Below are positions 62,661 to 64,000 of a stretch of 64,000 nt of DNA, one piece after another. The stretch comes from Lama glama. Lineage: Eukaryota. Positions within the stretch are counted from its first letter, which is position 1. The number at the start of each line of letters is the position of its first letter. The notes under the pieces are model-generated. The model made no database searches, had not been told where the DNA came from, and was given only the letters and a program-made list of their open reading frames with translations. Location: positions 25,916,001 to 25,980,000 of the forward strand of contig CM052850.1 in NCBI GenBank assembly GCA_028534125.1. Reading direction: 5' to 3'. A program made the translations under genes and the position numbers.

Positions 62661-62778
62661 GCTGGAGCCGTACGCAGACCCCTACTACGACTACGAGATA
62701 GAGCGGCTCTGGCGCAGCGGCCAGTACGAGAACTTCCGGGTGCAGTACTCGGACGCCGAGCCGCACCACAGCTACCGG
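62661..62778 (+). CDS. ZC3H18: ZC3H18 exon 7
   Basis: ctctttcag| acceptor; LEPYADPYYDYEIERLWRSGQYENFRVQYSDAEPHHSYR; |gtacgc donor. Confidence 0.95.
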
Positions 62779-63733
62779 GTACGCGGCCGCGCGGCCGGCG
62801 AGACCACCCTCTCTTGTCTGTGGCCTGTGTGGGCACGTGGACCCATCTCAAGCCCAGACGGACCGGTGTAGGGGGGCTGGTTCTGATCCACGGCTTGCCT
62901 TTGTCGTGACGGGAGCGGAGCCGTCCTTAGAGTGGTCGGTGCTCTAGCTGTCTTTGCACTGGAGCTGCCGATTGGCTTGTTTGACACCATTTGCGGGGCC
63001 TGTGCCCCTCCTTGAGCGCGTGGCTCTTCCAGGCCCCTCGGGAGCACCTTTACGGGGCGGAGCTGCCCTCATGCGCTGCCATAACCTGGCCACTGCCAGC
63101 CAGGCCTGGTGGTCTAATGGAGGACTGTCCTGCGACTGGCAGGTCTGTGCCTCAGCCTGTGAGTCCCTGAGGGTACGCTTTTAGTGTGATGGGGAGGAGC
63201 TGCCCCCGGGGAGAGATGAGTCAGCAGCAGGCTAGTGGGTTTTGTGCTAAGCATAAAGTGACAGTCGTGAGTTTTCAGGACCCAAGGGAGGTGACTGGCT
63301 GGGGCACCCATCAAATCACATGGTGAGCTTATGGCCAGAGGTGGCCCCTGGCTGACCCTCCCATGCCCCCCTCCCCAGCGGAGCAGCCTTCTTGCCGGGG
63401 CAGGGCTGCGGGGCTGGGCTGCGGGGCTCTGGGTGCCTGGTCCCAGTCAGGGCAGCCTTGAAGGTAGCAGGACCTGTGGGGGTGTCCCTACCGCCATGTG
63501 CCCCCTCACCCCCGTGTGCCCAGGTCCCCACCGGCCTTTGTGGAGGCTCGGTCCTGTGCATCCCGCGACAAGAGCCAGGCCAGGGAGGCCTGCCTGGGCA
63601 CGCGGCCTGGGCGTGGTCAGCCTGGAGTCCCTCTGGGTTGGCGTCAGGTCCGTCCCGGTCTCCTCCGCTGGCGCCTCTGCGTTTTCTCCACGCTTCCGGT
63701 CCTAAGTGTGCCCATGTTTGGCTTTTCAACTAG

Positions 63734-64000
63734 GAAAGGGAACGGGAGCGCGAGCGAGAGAACCGGCAGCGCGAGCGGGAGCGCGAGCGGGAGCGAGACC
63801 GGGAGCGGGAGCGGCGGCAGCGGGAGCGCGAGCGCGAGCGCGAGCGCGAGCGGGACAAGGAGCGGCAGCGGAGGAAGGAGGAGTGGGAGCGGGAGCGCGC
63901 CAAGCGGGACGAGAAGGACCGACAGCACCGCGACCGCGACCGGGAGAAGGAGCGCGAGAAGGAGAAGGAGAAGCCCAAGGCCCGCTCCCCGCAGCCGCCC
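63734..64000 (+). CDS. ZC3H18: ZC3H18 exon 8 (RE/RD-rich mixed-charge region), truncated by the window end
   Basis: caactag| acceptor; ERERERERENRQRERERER..KEEWERERAKRDEKDRQHRDRDREKEREKEKEKPKARSPQP. Confidence 0.94.

Noticed and set aside
63730-63978. Antisense RS-repeat (SR-protein-like) ORF
   Set aside because: It is the reverse complement of the GAGCG(C/G) repeat encoding the ZC3H18 RE region.

Overview
This is GC-rich mammalian genomic DNA from the syntenic ZFPM1-TRHR2-ZC3H18 block (the 16q24-like region in human). Three tRNA-derived SINEs resemble the camelid Vic-1 family, so the source is probably a camelid. In order, the window holds: (1) the last five coding exons of ZFPM1/FOG1 (+, 1250-7194), with all nine zinc fingers, the PIDLS motif and a polyA signal; (2) a decayed class I, HERV-H/F-like endogenous retrovirus with gag-pro-pol but no recognisable env or LTR pair (+, ~12.67-17.85 kb); (3) a three-exon unitary pseudogene of thyrotropin-releasing hormone receptor 2 (-, ~26.07-28.43 kb) with many independent lesions; (4) a degenerate ~112-bp AT-rich tandem array, interrupted by an L1 tail and a solo LTR, next to the ZC3H18 CpG-island promoter; (5) ZC3H18 exons 1-8 (+, running off the window end), plus a candidate 69-nt in-frame cassette exon that would split its only CCCH zinc finger. 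Lesions in the dead elements lean towards AT->GC, which suggests GC-biased gene conversion. I found no evidence of a wholly new multi-gene system. Most ORFs in the supplied track look like artefacts of high GC content. All gene and repeat assignments come from recognising the sequence, not from database searches.
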